Part shown: positions 10,826 to 24,639 of the stretch, one piece after another
Position numbering within the stretch: the stretch's first letter is position 1
Layout of the letters: every line of letters starts with the position of its first letter
Source: Eledone cirrhosa
Lineage: Eukaryota
Direction: 5' to 3'
Assembly: GCA_964016885.1 (NCBI GenBank)
Contig: OZ024740.1
Span: forward strand, 149,792,001-149,856,000
DNA length: 64,000 nucleotides
The notes under the pieces: model-generated
Databases searched by the model: none
What the model saw: only the letters and a program-made list of their open reading frames with translations
Told to the model about the DNA's origin: nothing
Made by a program: the position numbers and the translations under genes

Positions 10826-13252
10826 CACTGTGGAACAATTCTTTCGCGGTGATTGATTGGTTCAACGGCATATGCAACAAGGAACATTGCCGTTTTATCC
10901 AAATCGACATCAATAATTACTACTCCTCCATCACTTTACCACTCCTTCTTAGAGCTATCAATTTCGCTAAAACACTCACAGTGGTTAAGGATTTCGAAGT
11001 TGATGTCATCCTCAGTGCCCGTAAGTCGGTGATTAATTTCGACGCTCTATTTGGATTAAACAATCTACGTGAGTATGGGCGCCAGCGATTCTGCGGAGGT
11101 TACTGATCTTATCGGCTTTTTCCTTCTTTTCTCTATCAAGGAAGAATTCCCCAACGTGGGCGGTGGTTTGTACCGTGATGATGGTCTTTTGACCATGACT
11201 AAGTGCAGCCCACGTGCTTGCGACAGGTTGAGAAAACAACTCACAGCCTTCTTTAAAGGCTTCAACCTCTCCATACAAGTTGAGGCCAACCTCTCGGTCG
11301 ATAATTACCTCGACGTTACCCTCAATTTGTCGAATGGCTTTCACTACCCGTATAGAAAACCGAATGATACGCTTAATTACATAAGTAAGCATTCTAACCA
11401 TCCTACCAGCATAACCAAGAACCTGGTCAGAAACGTTTCTTTGAGGCTTTCCCGTCTATCTACAAACGAGCATATTTTCAACGACCTTTCCACATATTAT
11501 AATGAAGCTCTTGCTCGGAGTGGATTTGTCGATAAAGTGGCTTATACAGAGTACGAGAATAGACCTAGGAAAAATAGATCCCGACGCATTATATGGTATA
11601 ACCCACCATATAATATGGAGGTGGCCACACCATTAGCTATGATCTTTCTCTCCCTTATTATGAAACATTTTCCCCCTACACATAAATATAGTAACATTTT
11701 TAATAGAAATACCATTAAAATTTCTTACTCTACGACTCCTAACCCGGCACATAACATCACAGCTTCAAATTTAGCTAAATTGCCTAGCCGTAGGAACACG
11801 TGCAACTCTGTGTCTAGTACTAACTGTAATTGTAGGAATCGGGTTGACTGCCATTCTTTTATTAACCCTTTAAGAAGGAATATGACGTCACTTTCAGATT
11901 ATATCTGGATCTAAAAGACAACCACACCCAATATAAGTTACACTGGGAGATCCTAGCTAAGGCTAGATCGTATAACGGAAATAAAAGACCATGTGACCTC
12001 TGTGCCGCTGAGGCCCTGGAAATACTCTACGCCAAAGACCACATCTTAAACAAAAAATCTGAGGCAATTTTGGCTTGTAAACATAAATTACACAAAACTT
12101 TCCTGTATTACAGCCCCAAATTATACCCCAACGGATAGTACGAACTATACGCGGATATTTTACGTCTTGATGTGGTAGCTAAGTATATGTTATATTTATA
12201 CCATTACTTATTTGTATAGGTAAGTATATTTTACCTGTATGCTTTGTGAAAGTACGTATACTTTCTCGTACGTATATTTGCTTGTGTGTTATGGCGTATA
12301 TATTATATATACTGGTTCATGTGCATATGGTTATGCGTATACGTGAATTTTCCGTCTGTGTGAGTATGCGGGTTCGTACGTATGTAGGGTGTGTGTATAT
12401 GTGTACTTTGTGTTTTGGTTGACGTACGTCTGCGTACATATGTGTATTTACAAATGTAATGTGTGTGAGCGCGTTTATACGTATTTATGTGTGTATATTT
12501 CTATACGTTTATATAATTATATGTATACACGCACACTCACACACACACATATATATATTTTTTTTATATGTATTTTTATGTGTATTTGGTGTATACGTTC
12601 GTATGCGTGCGGGTACAGGCGTTGCGTGAGGTCTGTATGCGCGTGCGTTTTTTTGTTTTTTTTTGTGTACGTGCTTGTATTGGCATACCCATTGCGGGTG
12701 TTTTCACGTATGCTTGTGTATGTACGTATATGGTTGCGTGCATGTATATATTTAATTTCAATTATCTCTGTAATTTATTTACTTTATTCTTAACTCTGAA
12801 GCCGGGAATCATTCGGTTTCCTAAGAGAATTTTAGTCTACGACTTCAGTTATACCATATACGTGGTTCTGTCTTTGCGTGTAATTGTTCTCACCGATCCA
12901 CATAATGACGTATCATCCTCGTTTTTTCCGTTGATTGCCAGAGAACGTCTCCACGAACTACCTAATAGAATATTAGTCTACGACTTCATTTATACCATAA
13001 ACGTGGTTCTGTCTTTGCGTGTAATTGTTTTCACCGCTCCAAATTATGACGTATTATCTTTGTCTTTATCCGTTCTTTGCCAGGGAAGGTTTCCACGAAC
13101 CAAAGTATCGTTTTCCTGTCTTCCTCCGGTTGCAACATTTTTGAAATATTTACTTCTGCGTTCACAGATTGATTTGTTTAGTTTCAGAAGATCCCGTTAA
13201 GGATGAAAGCAGCGATTCTTTGCTTAAACTTTAATCTGTTATTTTAATAAAT
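10826..13252 (+). mobile_element. 5'-truncated Penelope-like retroelement (Naiad-like): decayed RT plus partly deleted GIY-YIG, long 3' UTR ending in an HHR
   Basis: VIDWF, FIQIDI..YYSSI, MGASDSAEVTDLIG, GGLYRDDGL, YLDVTLNL, IIWYNPPYN, CNCR, CDLC, LNKKSE..CKH, with a stop at ~12138. Frameshifts and deletions are present. Confidence 0.9.
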
Positions 13253-13272
13253 ATATATATATATATAAACGT

Positions 13273-14005
13273 ATGTTATTACTCTAAGGACCTACCCTTA
13301 TTGAGTACGTTGCTAACTCATTCCTATTGTAGGTCGACTTTGCTTGGCCACAGCCAAAGCTTCGATTTTACTGAGCTTCCACTTGTATTATTTTCTCCTA
13401 GATTTAATAATTAACTAATTAATTTAATTAGACAATTCTGTTGATTGGTTAATTATTAGTGTTTGTTTAATAACATCTGGTTGAGAGCTTTTATTCGGAA
13501 TGTTTGAGCGGAAATTATAATATTTCATTGTTAACACTTTGAATTTACCCGCCAAAAATCCGGAGGTTGCTTCCATTGTTGGAAATAACACGTGACAACG
13601 AAGTGTTCGAAGGCTGTCTTCTGTAGCGGTCGCATTTAGTTTGTTCACACCAGTTTGAGGCAGAACGGAATCCCTGTTGATGAAATTAATCCTCTGTTCG
13701 ATCATGGAATACCACAAGCTTGCGCGTTACGTAATTTGGATAAATGATTTCGGATTCATGGAAACACCTCAGACGTATATCGTTTGATTTGTCCAGGTCT
13801 GTATTTTAACCTGTTAGTTCTTTTGTTACTTTGGTATTGTATGGTTGGGTTTTGCCTACCGCGATGTTCGATTTGTCAAGCTATTTAAATGTTTGTTATT
13901 ACTCTAAGGACCTACCCTTATTGAATGGTTTGCTAACTCATTCCTATTGTAGGTCGACTTTACTTGGCCACAGCCAAAGCTTCGATTTTACTAAGCTTCC
14001 ACTTG

Positions 14006-14008
<3 letters not shown>
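13273..14008. repeat. Pair of ~117-bp hairpin-rich direct repeats (13273-13388, 13893-14008) flanking ~500 bp
   Basis: TGTTATTACTCTAAGGACCTACCC...CTTCCACTTGTAT occurs twice; the unit lies between (TA)n tracts. Confidence 0.8.
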
Positions 14009-14092
<84 letters not shown>

Positions 14093-14269
14093 GTGAAAGA
14101 GTGAAGAATAACATGGTGGTCGGCTAGAAATTACGTCACTCGACCTTAATTACAGTGTGTGCCTGATCAAATCATCGGAATACTGAAGTGTGTAACACAG
14201 GGCACTGGTATTAATAGATACATCGGGGAATAAAGTAAATGAAAACAATAATAACAAACAACAATAAAA

Positions 14270-14830
14270 AAGGGACGACATGCCCCTTCTGGCTAAAAAC
14301 ATGAACAATCAAAGCACGGAAAGATTACGGAAAAACATTAGGGTTTTCTTCAGTAGACTAGGCCTGGGTATCACTTTTGAACTAAATTCTAAAAAAACAA
14401 ACTAACTAGATGTAACACTCAACTTAAACATGGGACTAATGGAGCTTTTCTATAAAAATAACGAGAATCTAGCCTATATTTGTTATAACTCCAACCATCC
14501 TCGCTCCATAATTAATTCGATAGCACACAGTATATCCCTCAGAATATCCCGCCTATCTTCAAATCTAGAAATATTCAACGAACACGGAAACTACTATAGC
14601 ATAGCTTTACGTAAAGCAGGCCACAAGGAGGGGTTCAAATACATACTTGATGGAGACAGCAACTACAAATACAGACCTAACGACAACTGCACCGCCCGTC
14701 CTTATAGGAATAAGAAATGTGGAATTAAACATAGAAATAGGCAACAGACACACGAAATAGCCGAACCGAACACTAATATGGAGAACTCTAGAAACTCCAG
14801 AAAATGTTTCTCACCAAAGCAAAGTCAGGT
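14270..14830 (+). mobile_element. Penelope-like RT thumb fragment (pseudogene)
   Basis: RDDM, LDVTLNL, YICYNSNHPRSIINSIAHSISLRISRLSSN..IF, homologous to the other PLE ORFs in the window. Confidence 0.8.
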
Positions 14831-15012
14831 TTAAATAGCCTATGAAAACATATCTGGTTTTTCGGGTTTGAAATGATATAATATCCAACACACTCATACG
14901 AAAATTCTTGTGTTACCATCAGCGTCACTTATTTCTTCCACAGTTACAACTATTACATAGATGAAAACGTCAATGACAGTTGGAATCAGTGCAGAAAATT
15001 ATTGAAAATACA

Positions 15013-15408
15013 TTACTTACTTGCGATTTCTCTTCTCGGCAATGAAGTTCGCTTGAACGGGACAGCTTCAGTGGTAACTACAGACGTTGTAATTGGCTTA
15101 GTTGCAGCCGCAACATTATTCGACTTGCTAGTCTCGCGTGAATGATGTATCTTAGCCCTGCAATCATTATCGTTTGGCCAATTACAGACTTTCTCGATTG
15201 GATCAAAATTTAGTGACCCTGCGCATACGATTAAATATCCCTGTTGGAATCCTGAACATTGATAGAACATTTGCGGGTTATCTGGATGACATTTATAATT
15301 GCCGGCTTTGTCACAAATTTGAGGGTTTGAGACAATCAACGCAACATGAGACAAAATTAATAACAACCAGCATGCTGCATGTTGATCTTTATTGAATCTA
15401 AAGACCAT
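15013..15408 (-). CDS. Small chitin-binding type-2 (CBM14/peritrophin-A) protein with Ser/Thr-rich tail, paralog 2
   Basis: Signal-like CWLLLILSHVALIVS, six-Cys domain, and a C-terminus identical to paralog 1. Flanks 14835-15880 are homologous to 5605-6330 and ~7170-7455. Confidence 0.85.
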   Translation of the reverse strand: MVFRFNKDQHAACWLLLILSHVALIVSNPQICDKAGNYKCHPDNPQMFYQCSGFQQGYLIVCAGSLNFDPIEKVCNWPNDNDCRAKIHHSRETSKSNNVAAATKPITTSVVTTEAVPFKRTSLPRREIASK

Positions 15409-16599
15409 TTTTTAATGAAATAGTATCAGTACAAACAGATATTTTGAGTTAGAATACGAAATATTAAGTTAAAAGAAGTTTGGAGCTCAAACTAAATTTG
15501 CCTGGTTTCTTTAACGCATTTAAACATATGACTGATTAAAGCAAACCACGATTACTGCTTATTTTGGGGTGGGAAATTAGATATTTATAACAACTCAGAA
15601 AGCTACACCCACCGCCCTCTCGCACAGTCAATGCATACAAAAACCCCCATTGTCATAAATAGCAGTTTTACGACTGTTTTTTTTATTTATTGGATGACAC
15701 CTGTTTGTATATGTACTTATCGATATAAGGAAGTATCTTCATAATAGAAAATCCTTGGTAACGTAGTATCTTGATTTCCTATATAGGGTTTCGAGTCACA
15801 GTCGAATCGATTTTACTTCACTTACTCTACAAACTTCTGCTAGAAATACGTACACATCACAGAAATGTGATTTTATGCTTTATACATAAGTTAATAATCT
15901 AAAGATCTCATAGAGAAAGTGCGAAGTATAACATAATGCAATCCTGGTGAGGAAATACAGAACAGTTGCTTCGGATGAGATTCAAGCAAATAAAACCATG
16001 CCTGTTTATGAAAGTTAGATAGATATATATCTCAATTAGGTTTAAGTAGAGTGCCAAGACGGTAAGTCTCCAAATGAGACTTTGTTTTTAAACTACAAAT
16101 ATTTTAACTACTTTCGGCTTCCTTCGGGCACAAATTCATCCATACAGTCAAGGTTCTCATAATCCCTACAAAATTACTTTTGTATGTATATAACTAGAAT
16201 CTTGTTTATAATTTCTGGAGATGAATATTTTTATTCCGCCTCTTTCAATTTTATTTTTTTTAAATATAAATAGGAGTGTTTTATTTTGTTATAATCTAAC
16301 TTCAAACAAAAGACAATGAATTTTCGTAAAAAGAAAAACAGTACTCATTGCTCCATCTCCCCTAGTAGTTTACCGCGGTTGGTCAGGGGTTGCATATTCC
16401 TCCGGTAGGAACCCGCTTATATTGCGACTAACCATCATATTTTGTAATAGCTTGCTATCCGCCACTTGCGACCCGTTCTCTAATAGAATGGCTCCCACAA
16501 AAATGCTCACAGCCCAGTGATGTAGCTACGAGGAGGCGAGTAAATGCCGCCTCGAAAAAAGCTAGTCTTCGTGGGTCTGGGAAAAGTACCAAATTTGTG

Positions 16600-19194
16600 A
16601 CTGGCACGAATAAAATCACCAAAAACACTGAAATTTAGCCGGAAACAATAAAAGTATCCATACAACATCGGCCATCGCGTGGGATAACAAGGGACCTGTC
16701 TGACGAATATATTACTGTCTCAATTCTACGCTGCAAGAATTGGCGATGGGCCTGTGACTTGTCATAGGAGGCGTGGGATGCCAGATATGACTGTACAGGT
16801 GGGAGTGGGTATACTCACAAGCCCTCGGCTGTCAGAATGTATTATGGAGTGGATCCCATTAGGAGGAAGGATTTGCTTCTTGAAGCTTTGGCTCCGTGGG
16901 TGATGCAAGTTTATTCACCAAACAAGGAGTTCGAATACAGACCTTCCCTTGAAGAAGTAACTGCAGCGCTAGATGTAGTTAACACTGAATCATATATCCT
17001 AATAGGAAACTTCAATGAACTGATTATCTGACATTGAAAGGAGTTATTGGATTTCTGTCCTAATAATGGTCTCTATTATGAGCATCTCCCTCCAGCCGCC
17101 AAGCATCCATAAATACACATGGTACCAGGGGTATCGGGGACAGAGATCAATAATTGATTTGTTTGTTTTTTTCTGATCTTTTCGATTTTGTGTTGGATGT
17201 TTGTGTTAAGAGAAGGGCTGGACTATCAACTGATCACCATCTAGTTATCTGGAACCCTAAACTGCCTAAAGCAAAGAAAGACATGATAAAGGGGGAAGTT
17301 CTGGTTGGTAAGGAAGTCGAGAACATGTTTTAGGATACTATAACATTCAAATTCAGAGAACTCCCTGAGCAAACTGAGGACATTGAAACGAGTGGAAACT
17401 ATTCATCTCGGCAGTTTCTACTTCACCTGTTAAATCCTGTAGGTGAAATCAACTTGGAGTGGCACCGGGAAGCAGGAAGACCCCTTGGTTTAATTAAGTG
17501 GTCAGAGATGCCATCCGAGCAAAGAAGGAGGCTTGCAAAGCTTGGATTGGAAATAAGTCTTTCTTCTTGCACTTGCGGTACAAACAGGCGCGAAACGCCG
17601 CAGCATAAACAGTAAAGGCTCCAAAGTTAAGATATGGGAGGATTTTGGGGTTAAACTGGAATCTGACTTCAGATCAACAAACTTTGGTAGACCATTCACT
17701 ATCTTCGTAATAAGAAGTCCTCCTCCATGCCTGCTATCAGGAACGCGTATTGGGTTCTCCTCTCTTCAGAGAGCTGCATCCTCACGAAGTGGAAAGAATA
17801 CTCTGGCTGACTCGTAAGTGTGTGTGTGTATGTTGGTGGGGGGGGGGGGCTTGGATCTTTGGAAAGGCATCCAAGAAATGGCAAACGTGAGTGATAATCC
17901 CAATTTTCAAAGAAAAAGACAAGAAAGATACCTTCAATTAGAGAGGGATCACATTGTTAAACCTCTCCAGTAAAGTCTATGCTCAGTGTCTGGTAAAGAG
18001 ATGTTAGGATATTGTCGAGTCCAGATTAGCTGACGAACAGTGTGGTTTACGACCCGAATGTGACACAGCCGACAAAATACTGCAGCAAGTCTTCGAGAAA
18101 TCGTAGAAGTATTACCAAGAGGTGTATGCTTCTTCTGTAGACCTTAAAAAAGTATATGACCGCGTTCCATAAAAGCTGTTGTCGAAGGTTCTACAGAAGT
18201 ATGTAATTGATAGACAGCTTCATCTTGCCCTGATGTCGCTAAACAAATGCTCTATTATTTGCGCTCGGATAAATGGTGCTATGTCGAAACCATTCAATGT
18301 GGATGTCGGACACCACCAAGGGTGTGTATTCTCATTTCTCCTCTTCATGATTTTCATGGACAGGTTTGACTTGCGCAGACGGGATGGCTATGGAATTACA
18401 ACTGGTGGGGGTAAAACCAGTCGGCAGGAATTTGCGTATAAAATGTCAGAAGGTGAACCTCGACATACATTTGATAGGTTTGCCCCAAGTGCTGCACGGC
18501 TGGAATGAAAATCAGTGCCGCGAAGACTGGGACACTCGTCATCTCAAGAAATCATGCGTATTGACCTCTACTTATTCTACATGTGAGTGGAGTTCCACTG
18601 AAGCAGGTGGAAAATTTCAAATAATTTAGGGCCGAATGGTGAAAGGCAGAAGTCTGAATTAAGAGCAAGAATTGTTGGAGCTGGTGCAGAAGAAGGAAGG
18701 TGGGTGTAAAGTCAAACACGCTATCTTCAATTCGGTATTCGTGACAACCCTTACTTATGGTCATGAATCTTGGGTAATGACAGAAATTATATGATCACGA
18801 ATACAGGTGGCCGTAATGGGGTTCCACCGAAGGATTTTTGGAGTAACGTTACTCAATAGAGTGCGTAGCACGGAGATGAGAGTCGCTCCAGGAAGAGCCA
18901 ATACTTCTCCGAATTGAGAGATCACAGCTCGGGTACTATGTGCATGTGGTTAGAATGTCTCAGGAAAGAAACGAAGGATAGATTTTACGGGTAAAGCCAA
19001 CGGGCAGGAGACCCAGGGGTAGAAACCAAGCAAGATGGTCGAATAACATCCATGAACTGGGATCAATTGGAAACGGTTGTTACCGACAAAACCCGGTGGA
19101 AGGAGTACTTGAGGACTTTGTCCCCACCACCTTCTAAAGAAGAAGAAGAAGAAGAAGAAGAAGAAGAAGAAGAAGAAGAAGAAGAAGAAGAAGA
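16600..19194 (+). mobile_element. Decayed RTE-clade LINE (APE endonuclease plus RT) with a (GAA)n tail
   Basis: Fragments GVGIL, QVYSPN, LIGNFN, STDHHLV, YRGITLL, EQCGLR, VDLKKVYDRV, HQGCVFS.LLF, LTYGHESWVMTE, with many stops and frameshifts. (AAG)n at 19139-19194. Confidence 0.85.
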
Positions 19195-20699
19195 GTACTA
19201 ACCTAAACTCTAAACAAAAGTAAATTCAAATGAGTGTAACTCTTATTGAACATGACAATCATCAAAGGCGTTCCAGTCGAGACTAAATTGTTTATGTGTA
19301 TCTGAGAACAGGTTATCCAATGTTTTATTCCCTTTGTCAAGACGGTAGAGTTAAAGTTGAGAGAGATTTGACTACCACGTACAGGTTCCCTCCGTCAAAA
19401 TTTGAATGCACTAAGATCATCAAAAACTGCACCTAAAAGTTGTCAGTCAAACATAGGCAGCAAATAAAGAACACCGGATGACATGGCGGAAGTTCACTGT
19501 GTCAATATAATTAATTGTCTTAAGATGATAGAGTGAACACTTTAAATGACATCTTGATAAACAGACAAAAAACAAATTGTTTTTTCTAAACCTTCGTGTT
19601 TATATATAAAAAAAGACATTAGGTTTATTCGTTATCAACATGAAAAAAGAAAAATCAATTATTACAAATATAAAAAAAAATCCATTTATTGCGTTTAAAT
19701 AAATAAATCATAGAAATCCAGCTTCCTATTTCTAACAGTCGTGTGAACTGATAATCGTAGAATCTATTAGCCTGTTAGAAATAGCAGCTAAATCGTCTTC
19801 AAATTATACCCTATCAAAAAGAAAAGAGAAAAACACACCTGACAAAGTTGTCTTAAGTATACGAAAAGGCGGGATTGCTTAATTCATAAGTCTGCTTAAG
19901 TCCAGGAATGACGAGTGCTAAATAACAACGACAACTAAATGTCTTTGGCGAATATGTGACCCATTACTTAGTACAGACATGCCTCCCGTTACGAATCGAG
20001 TTATAGAAATTGTAAAACATGACCACTAACTTCGCCCTCCCACACCACTCTTCTTAATCATAATTTTCAAATGACCAATAATAATAGTTGATTATTATAA
20101 ATAATAGTTGGGAAAAACGAGTAAATTACCCCAGGAGAGGGAAAAAAACGTGGACAAAGATATATGCTAGTGATCGAACCGCTAATTTCTCAGGTGCAGA
20201 GGGGGGGGGGGAGTAAGTGTGTTAACCACTACGCTAAAGAACTGCTTACCGCTAAATCTGCCTTTTAAGATTTTAAATTTGTAGCTAGAAGTATAGATAA
20301 ACTGGCTGACTGAAGAAATGTTGTGAAAATTTAAAAAGAGATGCAATAGAGTTCGAATCCTCACGTTGTCTCTGTCCATTTTTTTTTCATTTTCAGGAGT
20401 GCTTTTCCCGATTTTCTCGAAAATCTACATGCCCATAAATACTGATGTGGCAGCGATAGAAATCTGGAATAGATTAAGACAGAAAATAATAATATATTGA
20501 ATATATTGAGACTAACGAATCAAATAAGTTTCGAACAAAAAAAAAAAAATAATAAAAACAGTTCTTAAATTGAAACAACTGACCAGATGTTTAGAACCAC
20601 AGACGAAACACTTGCTCCACTGTGGAAATCAGAAACACATTTTACAACAATGTGGTTAGAGAAAATACAGGAGAAAAAAGACATCTATATACCATTAAC

Positions 20700-21125
20700 A
20701 ACGGTGGTGGATTGGCAGTATCGGTAGAGGGTCTGACGCCATGCTTTGCAACAAAAAGTTGCGGCCCTTTATGGTCTGAGTTCAAATCCCGCCGAGGTTA
20801 ACTTTGCCCTTCATCCTTACGGGGTCAATAAAATAAAGTACTCGTAATATACTGGGATAATTGCTGGCCTTGTGCCAAAAGTAGAAACAATTAATATTTA
20901 GTCTGCAAATATCAATACCCAAAATAATCTTTTAGATTTATAGCTATTATTATTAAGCTTCGATTAAGAGTAGTGTCGGACAAAACGCCCTGCAGCATTT
21001 AGTCTTTTACGTTCTAAGTTCAAATCCCACCGAGGTCAACTTTGCTTTTCATTCTTCCAGAGACGATAAAATAAAGTACGGTTAAGTACTGGGGTCGGTA
21101 TGACTAACTTTCTCCTCCCTACAAA
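20700..21125 (+). mobile_element. Two tandem decayed tRNA-type SINE copies
   Basis: B-box-like GTTCAAATCCC followed by CCGAGGTYAACTTTGC...TCAT.CTT...ATAAAATAAAGTAC at ~20780 and ~21018. A related 3' fragment lies at ~24243-24290. Confidence 0.6.
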
Positions 21126-21131
21126 TTGCTT

Positions 21132-22161
21132 GTCATTTACATAAATCAGAAATCAACCTTCAAAACAGGCTTCTAAACAGTTTCTGTCTGCCTAATTTTA
21201 TTCACATAAACTATGTTAAATGACATTTGCTTAAAATGCCACTCAGTGGGCTCGAATCCAGGACATAATGATTGCAAGGTTAATTTCTAAAATATTCGGC
21301 CATGCTGCCTCAGCACACATACATATATACACACATACCTGTATATATGCATATATACATGCATGAATACATACATACATACATACATACATACATACAT
21401 ACATACATACATACACACATACATACACACATACATACACACATACATACATGCATACATACATATACACACCGAAGATAAACCAGACTGTCATGCAAGT
21501 TTCACAAGAGCCAATATATTCTAAAATGTTGAATTAGAAGAATATTATAATTAAAACATGCTGGTGCAAACACTACAGACTGTTTTAACACACCAAGAAC
21601 TCGTCTGTAGTGTTTGCACCAGCATGTTTTAATTATAATATTCCTCTAATTCAACATTTTAGAATATATTGGGTCTTGTGAAACTTGCATGACAGTCTGG
21701 TTTATCTTCGGTGTGTGTTATCTCTTTCTCTTAATTTCGAGTATATTTTTTTGACCGGCCACCTTCCTGGTGGCAAGGTTGTAAAAGAAAAGAAATTGTC
21801 ATCCCTTGAATCGCAAGAATGTTTTGCACATTTTGAAGGTGCCAGCTATCGCAGCCATTTGTAGACTATGAATTAGGGAGCTGCGCTTTTTGTCTGCAAA
21901 TCCAAATTCAGTCATACTTTGGTCCAAGTGTGTATGTATGTATTTATGCATGTATGTATGCATATATGCAGGTATGTGTATATATTTTAGAAATTAACCT
22001 TGCAATCATTATGTCCTGGATTCGAGCCCACTGAGTGGCATTTTAAACAAATGTCATTTAACATAGTCTCAGGTGGATCCATTCCATGTGAATAAAATTA
22101 GGCAGACAGAAACTGTTTGGAAGCCTGTTTCGCAGATTGATTTCTGATTTATGTAAATGAC
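21132..22161. repeat. Nested inverted repeats: outer arms ~21132-21375 and ~21930-22161, inner hairpin ~21468-21716
   Basis: Reverse-complement matches are directly visible; inner arms ~120 bp with a ~22-bp spacer. Confidence 0.85.
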
Positions 22162-22196
22162 CAGCGTATATATATATGTAAAGGTCAACTGGCCGG

Positions 22197-22235
<39 letters not shown>

Positions 22236-22401
22236 GGATTAACAATAATAGTTAAATGCAGTCCACTTAGGTGAAGTCCAGTTATGGTATTCCAGGTAGT
22301 GGATGATATTAACGCTTGGCTTGGTTTGACTCAACAAGACGTTTTCATAGTGTTGCTGCGGGTATGCTGTAATTCCTATGTTGTAAACACTTGGAGTAAT
22401 A

Positions 22402-23278
22402 ATAAATCAGGAAAGAAGGTTTACATGGTTTGCTATACAAAAAAGTTTTTAATCACATAGCTTACATTTGTTTCACTGAACTGGTATGTCTAGAGATCGC
22501 TATCCGCTTAATTTTGCGTTACTCGATCGCCAATACAGAATTATAACCAGTCAGATCTTCGGAGCATGCGAGAATGAAGAAAATACACAGGCAAGAAAAG
22601 AAAAGAAAATACAGGCTACTATATGAAGTAGAAATGGCATTCAATTAGAACAATAACAACAATTACAACAATGCTATCAATAAACTATTTAAGGAGACCC
22701 TGACATTACTTAGGTGGGGGGTATATAATGTATCTAATGTTACGGCGTGAAAACTAGCTGTCATAAGGCAAAATGAAGCGTTGACATGTACAGAGTATCG
22801 TAGTGTATATCAATTTTAAATTATAAAGATAAGCTAGTTTTTACAGTCTTTCTCTTCATCTTCAACAGTATACATGAGTGGGACCACTGTCAAAGCTAAA
22901 TATGTCAACGCTTCATTTTGCCTTATGACAGCTAGTTTTCACGCTGTAACATTAGATACATTATATACCCCCCACCTAAGTAATGTCAGGGTCTCCTTAA
23001 ATAGTTTTTTTATAGCATTGTTGTAATTGTTGTTATTGTTCTAATTGAATGCCATTTCTACTTCATATAGTAGCCTGTATTTTCTTTTCTTTTCTTGCCT
23101 GTGTATTTTCTTCATTCTCGCATGCTCCGAAGATCTGACTGGTTATAATTCTGTATTGGCGATCGAGTAACGCAATATTAAGCGGATAGCGATCTCTAGA
23201 CATACCAGTTCAGTGAAACAAATGTAAGCTATGTGGTTAAAAACTTTTTTGTATAGCAAACCTTCTTTCCTGATTTAT
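22402..23278. repeat. Long near-perfect inverted repeat (~380-bp arms, ~113-bp spacer), each arm carrying an HHR
   Basis: 22402-22788 is the reverse complement of 22902-23278 apart from a few substitutions and a 9-bp indel. Confidence 0.9.
23121..23233 (+). ncRNA. Type I hammerhead ribozyme, U4C variant, long stem II (mirror copy 22456-22568 -)
   Basis: CATGCT-CCGAAGA-T-CTGACTGGT...ACCAGTTCAG-T-GAAACAAATGT-A-AGCTATG. Confidence 0.7.
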
Positions 23279-23281
23279 ATA

Positions 23282-23351
<70 letters not shown>

Positions 23352-23394
23352 TTCAAAATATTAATAAATATAGACATTCAACGTAATCAAAATA

Positions 23395-23460
23395 TATTTT
23401 ATTATATATATTTCAGAGGTACTGTGCTGTTTATTCAGTACGTCCTCATCAGATAAAATA
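23395..23460 (-). ncRNA. Type I hammerhead ribozyme with canonical core
   Basis: TATTTTAT-CTGATGA-GGACGTACTG...CAGTACCTCT-GAAATATATAT-A-ATAAAATA; 8-bp stem I and palindromic stem III. Confidence 0.75.
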
Positions 23461-24639
23461 TATAAATTTATGTGTGACATACCTCAACTGTGCTGATGGT
23501 TCAATTCCAGTCTTGGTAGTGATTAATTATAACAAAACTAACTCAATATTTATATACCATAAGTACTAACATGACAAACTAAATATAATGGAGAGGGTGA
23601 GTAGGAGAAAGTGTAGAAAAAATAAAATAATACATAAAAAATAATTACATAAACACATAAGTACATAAATGTTAAATATTTAAATATGTAAATAACCGTA
23701 TTAGAGAAAGAAACCAAATGCGAGAGAGAGAGCTAAATAGAAGAGAAAGGGAAAAGAAAACGACATGAAAATAAAAACAAAGAGAGGGAGATAGAGATGG
23801 TAGAATATATAATTGCATGTGACCGTTTTTTTTTTCAAATATTAAGTTAGTTAGAAGCGATCAATTAAATACCGTGACATTTTTAATCTATTGTATTTGA
23901 TAGAAATTATACTATTATATTATATCAAAATTAAAGCAATATACAATAATATAAAATAATATAAACTATTTTCAATGATAATCTGGAGCATAGTTAAATT
24001 AATAAATACATTCAATAATTTAGTTATAAAATTCAGAGTTAGAAACATTATTAACTAACAATGATGAGTAAATAAGTATGCGAGTGTTTAACTTAACTTA
24101 CTTGGATATTAGCATCTGTATATGCATTTTATATAATGTTTAGAAATATAAATATTATAAACAATACTATTTAAATCAATACTTGTCAATTACATATAGG
24201 ATTAATTATTAGCTATAATTACTCTTAAGAGTATTATTAATGTACTGGGTAATTGCTGGCCTTGTGCCTAAAATAGAAACAATTATTATTTCGATTCAAC
24301 CAAATCTTACTCTATTCAATACTATAGATCAAGTTAAATACAGATTAATAATCAATTTGGATAAAACTAAAATTATACACGATAAATGTAAACAATACGA
24401 TGTATCTAAACGTTTAAATTAACTAAACGGTTTGAAAGCCTGAAGATATTACAGATCTCAAATTTAGAAAATTCAAGACTTAAAAAGAGGATTCAAGATC
24501 AAACTAAAGGTATTTAATCAAGAGATTAACCTACTCTATAAAAGAACCAATAAGCATTTCCTAAGGGGAGGTAGAACATTATACATAATATCAATAATAA
24601 CAATAATAACAATGATAGTAGTATTACAAGAATTATTAA

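Noticed and set aside
20770-20800. tRNA gene
   Set aside because: Only a B-box-like motif and no cloverleaf; better explained as a SINE head.
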